From Longimicrobiaceae bacterium (GTDB taxonomy: Bacteria; Gemmatimonadota; Gemmatimonadetes; Longimicrobiales; Longimicrobiaceae), in assembly GCA_045803205.1 (NCBI GenBank), contig JBJMPM010000225.1:1148-65147 (forward strand): a stretch of DNA of 64,000 nt, read 5' to 3'. This document shows positions 9,223 to 19,400 of this stretch, one piece after another; positions within the stretch are counted from its first letter, which is position 1, and every line of letters begins with the position of its first letter. Made by a program: the position numbers and the translations under genes. The notes beneath the pieces are model-generated. The model did not search any database, had not been told where the DNA came from, and saw only the letters and a program-made list of their open reading frames with translations.

Positions 9223-9239
9223 CGAATCTTTTTCTGGCC

Positions 9240-9476
<237 letters not shown>

Positions 9477-9538
9477 AGGTGCTCCCGGAACGGTGATTCG
9501 GGGTGATTGTCGGCCAAGGGCGCTGCCGCCGGGCGGAT

Positions 9539-9567
9539 AGGATAGCGTGCGCCGCAGCGCTTGTCCA
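9539..9567 (-). promoter_or_regulatory. sigma70-like promoter of the ferredoxin gene
   Basis: TGGACA-N17-TATCCT on the minus strand. Confidence 0.5.
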
Positions 9568-9596
9568 CCCACTCCCGAACGAACGTTCGAACAACT

Positions 9597-10451
9597 CTAC
9601 AGGTGTTCCTCGAACCAGTCAAGGACCGCCTCGGCGACGGTGCGCAGGTCGTCGCTGGGCCCGGCGTACGGGTGCCGCACCCCGAAGACGTGGTCCGCGC
9701 CGTTCACCAGCATCAGCTCGGCGTTCTCCCCCGCGGCGGCGAAGAGCGCGTGCGCCTCGTCCACCGGCACGGTGGGGTCGGCCTCGCCGTGGACGATGAG
9801 CCAGGGCTGCGTGACCCGCGCGGCGGCCGCGCCGATGTCGAGCCGGTCGCGGTTCTGCTGCAGGTCCACCCAGTAGTCCGGCCCGATCGGCATCTGCTGC
9901 TTCGTGCGCGTGTTCTCGATCAGCACGTCGTCGCCGCGGCGCCAGGCGGCCACCTGCTCGGGGGTCCAGCGCGCGTGGATGTCGGCGATGGAGGCGAGGG
10001 TCGCCAGCGCGCGGATGCGCTCGTCCTCCGCCGCATGCAGGATGGCCGCTCCGCCCCCGCGCGAGTGCCCCACCAGCCCGATCTTCTTCACCTTCCGCCC
10101 GCCCAGCCGCCCCTCCGCCAGCGCGTCGACCACCGCGCGCAGCTCCGCCCGCTCGCGGCTGTGCGTGTTCTCGCGGAAGCGGTCGAGCGCGGAGAGCTCC
10201 CCGTCGTCCCCGATGCCGTTGTGCGAGAAGTCGAAGTTCACCGCCGCGTGCCCGGCGAGCGCGAGCGCGCGGCAGAGCGCCGGCCACGCGCCCCAGCTGC
10301 GGAACCCCTTGAAGCCGTGGACGACCACCACGGCGCTCTTCGGCTTCGCGCCCTCGGCCACGCGCAGGTCGCCGCGCACCGGCGGCCCCCCGTCCGCCGG
10401 CCGGATCTCGAAGGTCGTGCGGGTGATGCGGTGCGGCGCTGCGTCCGTCAT
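9597..10451 (-). CDS. Alpha/beta hydrolase (S9/S33-like)
   Basis: HGFKG, GHSRGG, HGEADPTV, GADHVF. Confidence 0.9.
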   Translation of the reverse strand: MTDAAPHRITRTTFEIRPADGGPPVRGDLRVAEGAKPKSAVVVVHGFKGFRSWGAWPALCRALALAGHAAVNFDFSHNGIGDDGELSALDRFRENTHSRERAELRAVVDALAEGRLGGRKVKKIGLVGHSRGGGAAILHAAEDERIRALATLASIADIHARWTPEQVAAWRRGDDVLIENTRTKQQMPIGPDYWVDLQQNRDRLDIGAAAARVTQPWLIVHGEADPTVPVDEAHALFAAAGENAELMLVNGADHVFGVRHPYAGPSDDLRTVAEAVLDWFEEHL

Positions 10452-10521
10452 TCGGGTTCCCCTGCGCCCCTGTGATACCGTTTCGACTGATTGGATCTGC
10501 ATTTCCAGTCAACGGAATGGA

Positions 10522-10591
10522 CTCACACGGAGTCAACGGAGTCAACGGAGGACAGGTCAGACACTCCGTTGACTCCGCTGACTCCGTGTGA
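10522..10591. repeat. Palindromic repeat, family B (CTCACACGGAGTCAACGGAGTCAACGGAG...CTCCGTTGACTCCGxTGACTCCGTGTGAG)
   Basis: Inverted arms built from 9-bp ACGGAGTCA units; also at 27957 and 40871. Confidence 0.9.
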
Positions 10592-10624
10592 GGATCTTCT
10601 GTGCTGATGTCTCCGCATGCACAG

Positions 10625-11500
10625 TCATTGGGCTGATCCGGCATGAGCGACGCCGTCGGCCTCCGCCAGCCGCGCGGCCAGGTAGCGGACGCGGCGCGAG
10701 TTGACCGGATCCTCGAACTCCCCTTCGCGCGCCCTCCCCAGCGTCCCCTTGGCCGCCGCGGCGACGATCGCGCGCACCTGCTCCAGGTCCTCCTCCGCCA
10801 TCGCGCCCAGTCCGGGGACCGGCTGCCGCGGCGCGCGCTCCAGCTTCACCACCTCGCGCGCGAAGGAGATGAAGATCGAGCACGCCTCGGGGCAGGGGAC
10901 GGCGGCGTCGCCCTCCACCGGCCCCTCGTCCACCGCGCCGAGGAAGGTGCCGGCATCCACGTCCCAGGCCACGCGGCGCAGGCAGACCGCGTCGCCGCAG
11001 CAGGCGCGTACCACGGGCGGCAGCACCACGTCCGGGAGGAGCTTGACCGGGGCGTAGATCCCCGTCTGCCGCGCCGCGGTCTCGCGCCAGTGCGTGACCC
11101 GCAGCGTGCCCGTGCGCCCGGCGTGCCAGTGCACCGCGCAGGCGGGGTAGAGGTAGCCGAGCGCCGTCCACAGCCCCGCCGCGTCGAGCTCCACCAGCGC
11201 CCACCCCTGCCGCAGGGTGGGCGCGGTCTTCAGCGGGCGGTGCTCGCCGGCGTTGGTGACCTGCGCCACCTCCCGCGCGAAGTACGGGTCGGCCGACACC
11301 CACTCCAGCGAGGTGAGGGAGCGGTGCAGGTCGCGGTTGTGGCGGACCTCGTAGACCCCGCGGCCGGTGGCGCGCAGGCGGGCCTCCAGGAACACGCGCC
11401 CCTCTTCTCCGGCTTCGTCGACCCAGGCGACCAGGGCGCGGCGCGCCTCCGCCACCCCGCCGGGGGCGTGCGCGCCGCGCTGCCCGGGCGCGTCAGACAC
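10625..11500 (-). CDS. DR2241-family putative Fe-S protein
   Basis: HRPLKTAPTLRQGW, LYPA, RQTGIY, CCGDAVCLRR..CPEACS; overlaps the CbiX-like gene. Confidence 0.85.
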   Translation of the reverse strand: MSDAPGQRGAHAPGGVAEARRALVAWVDEAGEEGRVFLEARLRATGRGVYEVRHNRDLHRSLTSLEWVSADPYFAREVAQVTNAGEHRPLKTAPTLRQGWALVELDAAGLWTALGYLYPACAVHWHAGRTGTLRVTHWRETAARQTGIYAPVKLLPDVVLPPVVRACCGDAVCLRRVAWDVDAGTFLGAVDEGPVEGDAAVPCPEACSIFISFAREVVKLERAPRQPVPGLGAMAEEDLEQVRAIVAAAAKGTLGRAREGEFEDPVNSRRVRYLAARLAEADGVAHAGSAQ

Positions 11501-12299
11501 CGGCCGCCTCCGGCAGGCCGAGGCGCTCCGGCACCGCGGCCCCCGCCTCGCGGGCGCGCTGCAGGATGATGCGCGCCACCTCGGGAAAGGTGCCGACCGG
11601 CGGGGCGTACCAGATGGTGCGCCCGTCCTTCTCGGTGGCCGCGCTCACCGCGGGGCGGTTGATCCCCAGGTCGTCGGGGATGGTCTCCTGCGTGTGCCAC
11701 CCCTCGGCCACGAAGAAGGGGACGAGCACGACCCGTCGCTCCTCCATCTCCTCCAGCACGGCGGCCACGTTCGGCTCCTGGTCCAGGAAGCCGGTGCGCA
11801 CGTGGCCGAACACCCCCGCCGCCTCGGCCTCGCGGGTGACGCGGTAGATCACCTCGGCCGAGTTGCTGTTGCGCTCGGTGCCGTGGCCGATGATCACCAG
11901 CCCCGCCTCGCGCGCCTCCGCGTCGCCGAGCCCCGCCGTCTCCTCCGCGCGGCGCAGGATCATGGCCGCCATGGAGGGATGGGTGCCGACCGGGCCGCAG
12001 CAGCGGATCGTCTTCCCCAGCTTGCGGGTGACGGAGGGCGCGGGGCCGTCGAGCCCCAGTTCACGCGGGATCACCTCGCCGGTGAAGTAGCCCTCGGAGA
12101 TGAAGAGCGGGACCACGTACACGTCGTCCGACTCGACCAGGTCGAACACCTCGCGCATGGAGGGCTCTTCCTTCCAGAAGCACTCGCGCACCTCGTCGAA
12201 CGCCCCGGTGCGCCGGATGGCGGCAGCGTGGCGGTAGACGGGCGCGCTGGAGTCGGCGTTCAGGTGCGAGCCGTGCCCGATGATGACCAGTGCCTGCAA
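11493..12299 (-). CDS. CbiX/SirB-family chelatase-like protein (two domains)
   Basis: IIGHGSH, FWKEEP, VPLFISEGYF, IIGHGT, PFFVAEGWH; TTG start after AAGGAG. Confidence 0.88.
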   Translation of the reverse strand: MQALVIIGHGSHLNADSSAPVYRHAAAIRRTGAFDEVRECFWKEEPSMREVFDLVESDDVYVVPLFISEGYFTGEVIPRELGLDGPAPSVTRKLGKTIRCCGPVGTHPSMAAMILRRAEETAGLGDAEAREAGLVIIGHGTERNSNSAEVIYRVTREAEAAGVFGHVRTGFLDQEPNVAAVLEEMEERRVVLVPFFVAEGWHTQETIPDDLGINRPAVSAATEKDGRTIWYAPPVGTFPEVARIILQRAREAGAAVPERLGLPEAAGV

Positions 12300-12386
12300 A
12301 TCCTTGCGCTCCTTCCGGATACCTTCGGCTGCGAGCGCGGAAGGTGGGGAGCGGAGCCTGGCGGGGCAAGTAGGGAAAAGAAAGGC

Positions 12387-12462
12387 CTCACGCAGACGCA
12401 GAGACGCAGAGACGCAGGAGAAACGGCGACACCCTCTCTGGTCCTCCGTGCTTCCGGGTGAG
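12387..12462. repeat. Family A repeat with a tandem (ACGCAGAG)n arm
   Basis: CTCACGCAGACGCAGAGACGCAGAGACGCAGGAG...GTGAGA. Confidence 0.7.
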
Positions 12463-12473
12463 ACTTTTCCCCG

Positions 12474-13217
12474 ATGTCCCTCCTTCGACGCCTGCCGGTT
12501 CTCGCCATCGTGGCTCTCGTGCTGGCGGCGGCCGCGTGGGTGCTGCTCGACCGCGGCTTCGTGCGCTTCGTGTACCCGAGCTGGCGCGAGTACCCAGTGC
12601 GCGGCGTCGACGTCTCGCACCACAACGGGCGCGTCGACTGGCCGCGCATCCGTGCGTCCGGCTACGCGTTCGCGTATCTGAAGGCCAGCGAGGGCGCCAC
12701 CTTCCGGGACAGCACCTTCCTCCGCAACCGCGGCGAGGCGTCTCGCGCCGGGCTGGCGACCGGCGCCTACCACTTCTTCACCCTCTGCCGCCCCGGCCGC
12801 GAGCAGGCCCGCAACTTCCTCGACGCCGTCGGCCCGCCGCCGGCCGTCTCGCTGCCGCCCGCGGTGGACCTGGAGTTCGGCGGCAACTGCGGCGAGCGTC
12901 CTTCGCGCGACGCGGTGCTCGCGGAGCTGGCGGGCTTCCTCGCGGTGCTCGACTCCGCGGGACACCCGCCGGCGGTGCTCTACGTCACGAAGGAGTTCCA
13001 CCGCGCCTACCTGGCAGGCCGGCCCGTGCGCAACCCGCTCTGGGTGCGCAGCGTCTTCGGCCGTCCGCGCTTCGGCGGCGCGTGGACCTTCTGGCAGTAC
13101 GCCGCCACCGGCCGCGTGGCGGGCGCGAAGGGCCGCATCGACCTGAACGCCTTCCGCGGCTCGCCGGCCGAGCTCCGCGCGCTTGTCGGTGCGCGCCCGC
13201 GCGGATGGGCCAGGTGA
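12474..13217 (+). CDS. GH25 muramidase (lysozyme) with N-terminal anchor
   Basis: GVDVSHHNG, YLKASEG, GAYHFF, DLE, WTFWQY, IDLN. Confidence 0.93.
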   Translation: MSLLRRLPVLAIVALVLAAAAWVLLDRGFVRFVYPSWREYPVRGVDVSHHNGRVDWPRIRASGYAFAYLKASEGATFRDSTFLRNRGEASRAGLATGAYHFFTLCRPGREQARNFLDAVGPPPAVSLPPAVDLEFGGNCGERPSRDAVLAELAGFLAVLDSAGHPPAVLYVTKEFHRAYLAGRPVRNPLWVRSVFGRPRFGGAWTFWQYAATGRVAGAKGRIDLNAFRGSPAELRALVGARPRGWAR

Positions 13218-13536
13218 TACCGCTTTGCAGAGTTGCGTTCAGGATCAGATCTCGGCAGGAGCCACGCGGCGACCGCGCGGCAGCTCGCCGCGGCGGAGCG
13301 GGGTGCACCAGCAGAGAGGAAGTGCGCCATCCACTTTCTCTGTTTCTGCCCCTGGCGCTGTGTCCGGGCCTGACACTTGCGGATCGTGGCGAATGGCGGT
13401 GAAGTCAAAGGCCGCAGGCTGGCGATGCGCCGGCTCGTGTCTCCTCCCGAGTTCTGGGGAATCCCGCCCGCCCCCACGCTTTGGTCCAGGCCTCGGACCG
13501 TTCGTTTCGCCCCCCCGAATCGCATAGGGGCAGGGC

Positions 13537-13923
13537 ATGCCACCCAACAAGCTCATTCTGGTCGTCGAGGACAACGAGGACACCCGGTTCGTGTTCTCGG
13601 CAATCCTCAACTACGACGGCTACCGCATCGTCGAGGCGGTGAATGGTGAGGCAGGAGTGGCATGCGCGCTCGCGCACCGCCCCGATCTGATCATCACGGA
13701 TATCGACATGCCGGTAATGGATGGCTTCGCGGCGGCTCGCCTGATTCGGGGCGACAGCCGGATTCAGCAAATTCCTATTCTCGTCGTTTCCGGAAGAGAA
13801 TTCACCGCCGCCCAGCAGGCGGAGGCGAATGTCCTGTTCAATGGCTACTTCGCCAAACCGATGCAGCCAAGTCGCGTCCTCAGTGAGGTTCAGCGCCTGA
13901 TCGGTCCGCCGCAATCGTCATAG
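13537..13923 (+). CDS. Single-domain response regulator (CheY/DivK-like)
   Basis: LVVEDNED, PDLIITDIDMPVMDGF, FAKP; lower GC than flanks. Confidence 0.9.
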   Translation: MPPNKLILVVEDNEDTRFVFSAILNYDGYRIVEAVNGEAGVACALAHRPDLIITDIDMPVMDGFAAARLIRGDSRIQQIPILVVSGREFTAAQQAEANVLFNGYFAKPMQPSRVLSEVQRLIGPPQSS

Positions 13924-13987
13924 CCCGGCGGCCGGTTGCTTCCGGGGCAGACTTCGCGTAGGTGCCTCCTTCTCAGGAACGGATTCC

Positions 13988-14386
13988 ATGACAACGCGCG
14001 AGGCCGGTGTCCGCCTCCAACTGCTCCACGCAGCGGTCGACGAGCTTATCCTCACCACCACCGGCTTATCGGTGCTTCCGCAGTCTCGCCCGCTGGACGA
14101 CAACCCACCAGACAGTTTCACGATGCGCCTGGTGGGGGGGGGCAGTCCCGAAGTGCGCCTTCGTATCCACGAGACCACGGCAGTCCTCATCGCTCGCTCC
14201 GGTACCGACCATCAGAGTGCGGGGAAGGCTGAAATCCGCGATGACCTGGGGGTCAGACTGGAGACGGGCTTTGCATGGAACGACTCGGTGTGCTCGTCGG
14301 CCAACGAATTGGCCGGTCTCCTCCTGAAGCACATGCGCCGTCGCCTCAAAGCGGTTGCCGAGGTAACGCCCGACGGTTCGACTTAG
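13988..14386 (+). CDS. Hypothetical protein
   Basis: 132-aa ORF with globular composition, co-oriented with the receiver gene. Confidence 0.55.
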   Translation: MTTREAGVRLQLLHAAVDELILTTTGLSVLPQSRPLDDNPPDSFTMRLVGGGSPEVRLRIHETTAVLIARSGTDHQSAGKAEIRDDLGVRLETGFAWNDSVCSSANELAGLLLKHMRRRLKAVAEVTPDGST

Positions 14387-14752
14387 GTACTACGGTTGCA
14401 CAACATTCGTTTGCGCCTCGATGCTCAGGGCGGCCAAGCCGACGAATCACGTCAGTGGCTATCTGACCAGCGATTGCGGTAGCGTACGGCTCTAGCTCCC
14501 ACGTCACACCATTTTCGATTGCCGCGGTTATCGCGGCGACAAGATCGCTTTCCCGGGATAAGAAAACGTCGCTTAGCGGCGGTTGCGGCAGTTGCGGCGA
14601 TACCTGTGAGGCCTCCTCGGTCAGGAAACTGGAATTCAGAGCTGTGCTCGGCAAATTGGTGTGACCCCCTCGTGAACGCGAAGACGCGGAGAGGCCGGGC
14701 TGGCTCTCCGCGTCTTCCGGGTGGATCGGCCTCCCGGCCCCGCCTGCCGGGC

Positions 14753-15412
14753 TCAGTCGCGCATGGCGCGGCGGACGTATCTCTCCAGCTCGTCGAGGGG
14801 CGGCGTCCCCTGCACCCGGCGCTCGTTGATCAGCAGCGTGGGCGTGCCGGTGACTCCCAGCTCGCGGCCGGCCTGGAAGTCGCGCGCGACGGCCTTCTTC
14901 GCGGCGGGGTCGGCGATGCAGCGGTCGAAGGCCTCCAGGTCCGGCACCCCGGCCGCGGTGGCGAAGTGGCGCCATCCCCCGGTCTCCACCAGCGCCTGCT
15001 CGCGGAAGAGGGCGTCGTGGAAGGCCTCGAACCGCCCCTGCCCGCCCGCGCACTCGCTGGCCTGCGCGGCCGCCTCCGCGTTCGGATGGACGGGGGTGAG
15101 GGGGAAGTGCCGGTAGACGACCGCCACGTCGCGCGGACGCCTGGCGCGGATGGAGTCGAGCTCGTCGGCCAGCAGGCGGCAGGCGGGGCACTGGAAGTCG
15201 GAGAACACCACGATGGTGACCGGTGCGTCGGCGCTCCCCATCCTCCGGCCCTCGGCCGCGTACCGCCTCCAGTCGCGGACCACGCGATCGGGCACCCGGG
15301 GCGAGGCCGGGAACAGCTCCCGCCGCACCACCAGCCCGGTCAGCACGATGGCGCAGAGCACCACCGCCGCCGAGCCGAGCGTGGAGAGCCGCTCAGAGGT
15401 CGTTTTCGCCAC
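14753..15412 (-). CDS. DsbA/thioredoxin-fold oxidoreductase, membrane-anchored
   Basis: FSDFQCPAC, YRHFPL, GVTGTPT. Confidence 0.92.
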   Translation of the reverse strand: MAKTTSERLSTLGSAAVVLCAIVLTGLVVRRELFPASPRVPDRVVRDWRRYAAEGRRMGSADAPVTIVVFSDFQCPACRLLADELDSIRARRPRDVAVVYRHFPLTPVHPNAEAAAQASECAGGQGRFEAFHDALFREQALVETGGWRHFATAAGVPDLEAFDRCIADPAAKKAVARDFQAGRELGVTGTPTLLINERRVQGTPPLDELERYVRRAMRD

Positions 15413-15416
15413 GCGC

Positions 15417-15878
15417 TCAGGGACGTCCGGGCGTGGCGGTCAGGTGGGCCGCCGCACGCGCGCCGGTCCCCGGGGCCGCGGCCGCGGATGCGGCGGGCGG
15501 CGCGACCGTCAGCGCGAGCTCGCGCTCCTCGTCGCCGCGCCTGATGCGCAGCACGTAGCGGACGCCGGCCTCGATGCGGGGGAACAGGGGGCCCTCGCGG
15601 GAGTCCACGCCGTTCACGGCCACGATGGCGTCGCCCACGCGGAGCCTGGCGGCGGCGGCGGGCGAGCCCGGATCCACGCGGCTCACGGTGGGGAACCCCG
15701 CGGGGCGCGCGCGGGGCTGGCCGGCGCGGATGACGAAGTTCGGGTCCAGGCGCCAGCCCAGGCCGAGCCAGCCGCGCGGGGGCGTGCTCGGCGCGACCGT
15801 GATCGTCTGCTGGGCGGAGGCGGCGCAGGGCGCCGCGAGCGCGCCGGCGATCAGCAGCAGCGTTCTGATTGGGGGCAT
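15417..15878 (-). CDS. Secreted stand-alone PDZ-domain protein
   Basis: Signal peptide; GWLGL, VDPGSPAAAARLRVGDAIVAVNG. Confidence 0.85.
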   Translation of the reverse strand: MPPIRTLLLIAGALAAPCAASAQQTITVAPSTPPRGWLGLGWRLDPNFVIRAGQPRARPAGFPTVSRVDPGSPAAAARLRVGDAIVAVNGVDSREGPLFPRIEAGVRYVLRIRRGDEERELALTVAPPAASAAAAPGTGARAAAHLTATPGRP

Positions 15879-16040
15879 CGTTCGGGTTGCTTCAGTGCAG
15901 GGTGGAGGAGAACGGCGACCGCCGCTGGGCGCGCGAGCGGCCGGCCTTTCCGGCGGCCGGCCGCCGCCCGCCCGCGGCGAGGCCCGGGCCTCGAGCTCTC
16001 GCGGCGAAACCCGGGCCACTGCGGAAGGTCAGCGGAACTC

Positions 16041-16274
16041 CTACCCGCACTGCACGTCGTAGATCTCGACGGCGCCGTACCAGGCGCAGAACACGCTCGC
16101 GGATCCCGCCACCCCGGTGCCGCACTCCGCCCGGAGCATGCGGCGGGCCGTGTCCAGCTGCGAAACCGAGCAGTCGGCGCGGTCGTCGGTCGCGCGCGCC
16201 GGCGAGGCGAGCAGCGTCGCCGCGAGCACCGACACCACTGCGGCAGAAACCGTCGTGAAGCGCGGAATGGGCAT
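16041..16274 (-). CDS. Small secreted 4-Cys peptide (77 aa)
   Basis: GAGGAAATCA RBS; signal peptide ending ASPARA; mature TDDRADC...EC...FC...QCG. Confidence 0.7.
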   Translation of the reverse strand: MPIPRFTTVSAAVVSVLAATLLASPARATDDRADCSVSQLDTARRMLRAECGTGVAGSASVFCAWYGAVEIYDVQCG

Positions 16275-16473
16275 TGATTTCCTCACGGTGGAAGTGTATG
16301 CTGCGGGGTGGTGCGGGGAGGACGAGATGCGCAGGATAGGAGCCTTCCCGGCCCCGCGCAAGGATTCTTTTGTTTCTCGAAATGATCCCGGCAGGGCCGG
16401 TCGGCTGGCGGCTGGCGGCCGGTGCCGCGTGCGGCAGCGTCCACTCTCTCTCCATCGCAACGAAAGGCCCCTG

Positions 16474-19400
16474 GTGTCGTGGCTTCGCCGGCTGCGCGCC
16501 CCGTGCTGCGGGCTCCTCCTCTCCCTGGTGGGCGCCGTTCCCGCCGGCGGCCAGTCGGCCGGGGCGGGCGTGGTGGTCACCGGCACGGTTCGCGAAGCGG
16601 GCGGCGCTCCGATCCCGGGCGCCACCGTCAGCGTGGCCGGCGACCGGGGAGTGGCGGCCCGGACCGTGACCGATGCCGCCGGACGCTACCGCCTCTCCCT
16701 CCCCCATCGCGGGGAGGGGTACGAGCTGAGGGTCGAGCGGGTCGGATACTTCCGCTTCTCCACGCCGCTCTCCCTCGGCGACGACGGCGGCGCCGTCATC
16801 CGCGACGTACGCCTCAACCCGAGCTCGGTCGCCCTCCAGGCGCTCGAGGTCCGCTCCACCCGGCCGGCCCAGCGGCCGGCCCAGGGACCCACGCCCGGCG
16901 GCAACGAGGAGGCGTGGCAATCGGTCTTCACCGACAACTTCGCGATCGCTCCCGGCGACCTGGGGGCGATCGCGCTGCTTCGTCCGGGCGCGGTCTCCCT
17001 GGGGGAGAGCGACGACGGCGGGCTCCCCCGGCTTTCGCTGGCGGGGCGGGACCCCTCGCAGAACCACCTGCTGGTGGACGGCGCGTCGTTCGGCGCCTCG
17101 ACGCTCCCGCCGGAGGCGCTGCGCAGCACCTCGATCGTCTCCAGCAGCTACGACCCCGCGCGCGGCCAGTTCTCGGGGGGCCAGATCGCGGCCACCACCC
17201 GGTCGGGGACCAACCTCACCGGCGGCGCGCTACGCCTGCGGCTGGAGCCCGGCGTGCTGCAGGTGGGGAGCGTGGGGCCCGGCGGCGACCGCTACACCGT
17301 GGCGGAGCTGGACGGCGGCGCCGGCGGCGCCCTGATCCCGGGCCGCCTGTTCTGGTTCGGCGCGTTCCAGGCCTCGCGCAACTCCACCACCCCCGCCACG
17401 CTCGCCTCGCTCCCGGCGAGCACGCTCGCCGAGCTGGGCCTCAGCGCCGACTCGGTCACGCGCTTCCGCTCCGTGACCAGCGGGCTGGGGTTCGCGTCCG
17501 GGTGGCAGCGCGGCGCGGCCGACGCCGTCGCGCGCAAGGCGTCGGGGGTGCTGCGCATGGACTTCCACGCCACGCAGGCGCACACCCTGACGCTGCGGCT
17601 GGACGGGCGCGGCGCGGAGACGCGCGGGCTCGGCGCCTCCGCGTACGGGATCCCGGGGGGGGACGACCGGGTGTCGCGGGGCTCGTGGGGGGTGCTGGGG
17701 CAGGTGGCGTCGTACCTGGGGTCCGCCCGCAACGAGCTGCGCGCCTACCGTTCGGCGGACGTGCGCCGCCACCGCGGCGGCGCGGGGGTGCCGGGCGGCT
17801 ACGTGGACGTGCTCTCGGACCTCGGCGAGGGGCGCTCGGGGCTCACCCGCCTGAGCTTCGGCGAGTCGGCCTTCCCCTTCGACGGGCGGTCGACGCTCAC
17901 CGAGCTCTCCGACGAGCTGCTGGTGCGCCTGCGCGGCGACGAGCACCGCCTCAAGCTCGGCTTCACCGCGAGCCGCGAGGCCACGCGCCAGCACGGCCTC
18001 GCCAACGGGAACGGCACCTTCACCTTCCGCAGCCTCGCCGACCTGGAGGAGGGCCGCCCGCTGTCGTTCACCCGCGCCCTGGGCGGCGACGCGCGCGGCG
18101 CCACCGCCGACTACGGCGCGCTCTTCGCGGCGCACCTCTGGCACGCCGCGCCCCGGCTCTGGGTGATCCAGGGCGTGCGGGTGGAGGAGACCCGCTGGCC
18201 CCACGCCCCCGCGCCCGCGGAGGCGCTGCGGGCGGCGTTCGGGCTCCCCGCCGGCCGCGTGGCGGGGCCGCGGCCCCGGGTCAGCCCCCGCGCCGGCTTC
18301 GTGTACGAGACGCCGGGGAAGCAGTGGACCCTGCGCGGTGGAGCGGGGAGGTTCGTGGGAACGCTCCCGCTGGCGGCGCTGGCCGAGGCGTTCGGCGAGA
18401 CGGGAGCGGCTGGGTCGCGGCTGGTCTGCCTGGGGCCCGCCACCCCGACCCCCGAGTGGGAGCGCTACGCCGCCGACCCCGGGTCGATCCCCACCCGCTG
18501 CGCGGACGGCGCCGGGGGGGCGGGGACCGCGCCGGCGGCGACCCTCTTCGCCCCCGGCTTCTCGCCGCCGGGCACCTGGCGCGCCTCCGCGGGGGGCGGC
18601 GGTCCACTGCTGCGGGGACGGCGGGGGCGCCTGGACGTCCACCTGGACGCCACCCTGGTGCTGGGGAGCGGCGAGCCGCTGGCCACCGACCGGAACCTCG
18701 CGGCCGCGCCGCGGTTCGTGCTCGCGGACGAGGGGTCGCGGCCGGTGTTCGCCCCCGCCGAAGGGATCGACGCCTCCACGGGCGCCATCGACCCGGCGCT
18801 GGGGCGCCTGCTCCCCGCCTTCGGGACAGTGCGCCAGGCGGCCTCGCGCGGCCGGTCGGCGGTGACGCAGCTCACCACCGGGATCACCCTGCTCACCCAC
18901 CGGTACGACGTGGTGGCCGCGTACTACACGCACACCCGCGCGAGCGACGAGGTCACGGGCTTCCGGGCACCGGGCGGGTTCTCGGCGCCGGTGGCCGCCG
19001 GCGATCCCAACCGCGCGCTCCGGGGCCCCAGCGACGTGCTGCGGCGGCACAGCTTCCAGCTCCAGGGGATCCACCCGGTGGGGAGGTGGGTGGAGATCGG
19101 GGTGGTGGGGCGGCTCGTCTCCGGCGCGCCCTTCACCCCGCGGGTGGACGCCGACGTCAACGGCGACGGCGTGGCGAACGACGCCGCGTTCATCTTCGGC
19201 GCCGCGGCCGACCCCGGGCTGGCGCGGGCGATGGACGACCTGCGCCGGAACGCCCCGGCCGGGGTGCGGCGCTGCCTCGAGCGGCAGGCGGGCCGGATCG
19301 CGGCGCGCAACTCGTGCACCGGGCCGTGGCGCGCCTCGCTCGACCTGCAGGTGAACCTTCCCGTGGACCAGGGGACGCGGGGGAGCCGGTTCACCGCGAG

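Noticed and set aside
14346-14620. Minus-strand frame after GAGGAGG (..VSPQLPQPPLSDVFLSRESDLVAAITAAIENG..)
   Set aside because: Protein-like but no canonical start near the RBS and it overlaps the end of the 13988 ORF; cannot be supported without homologs.
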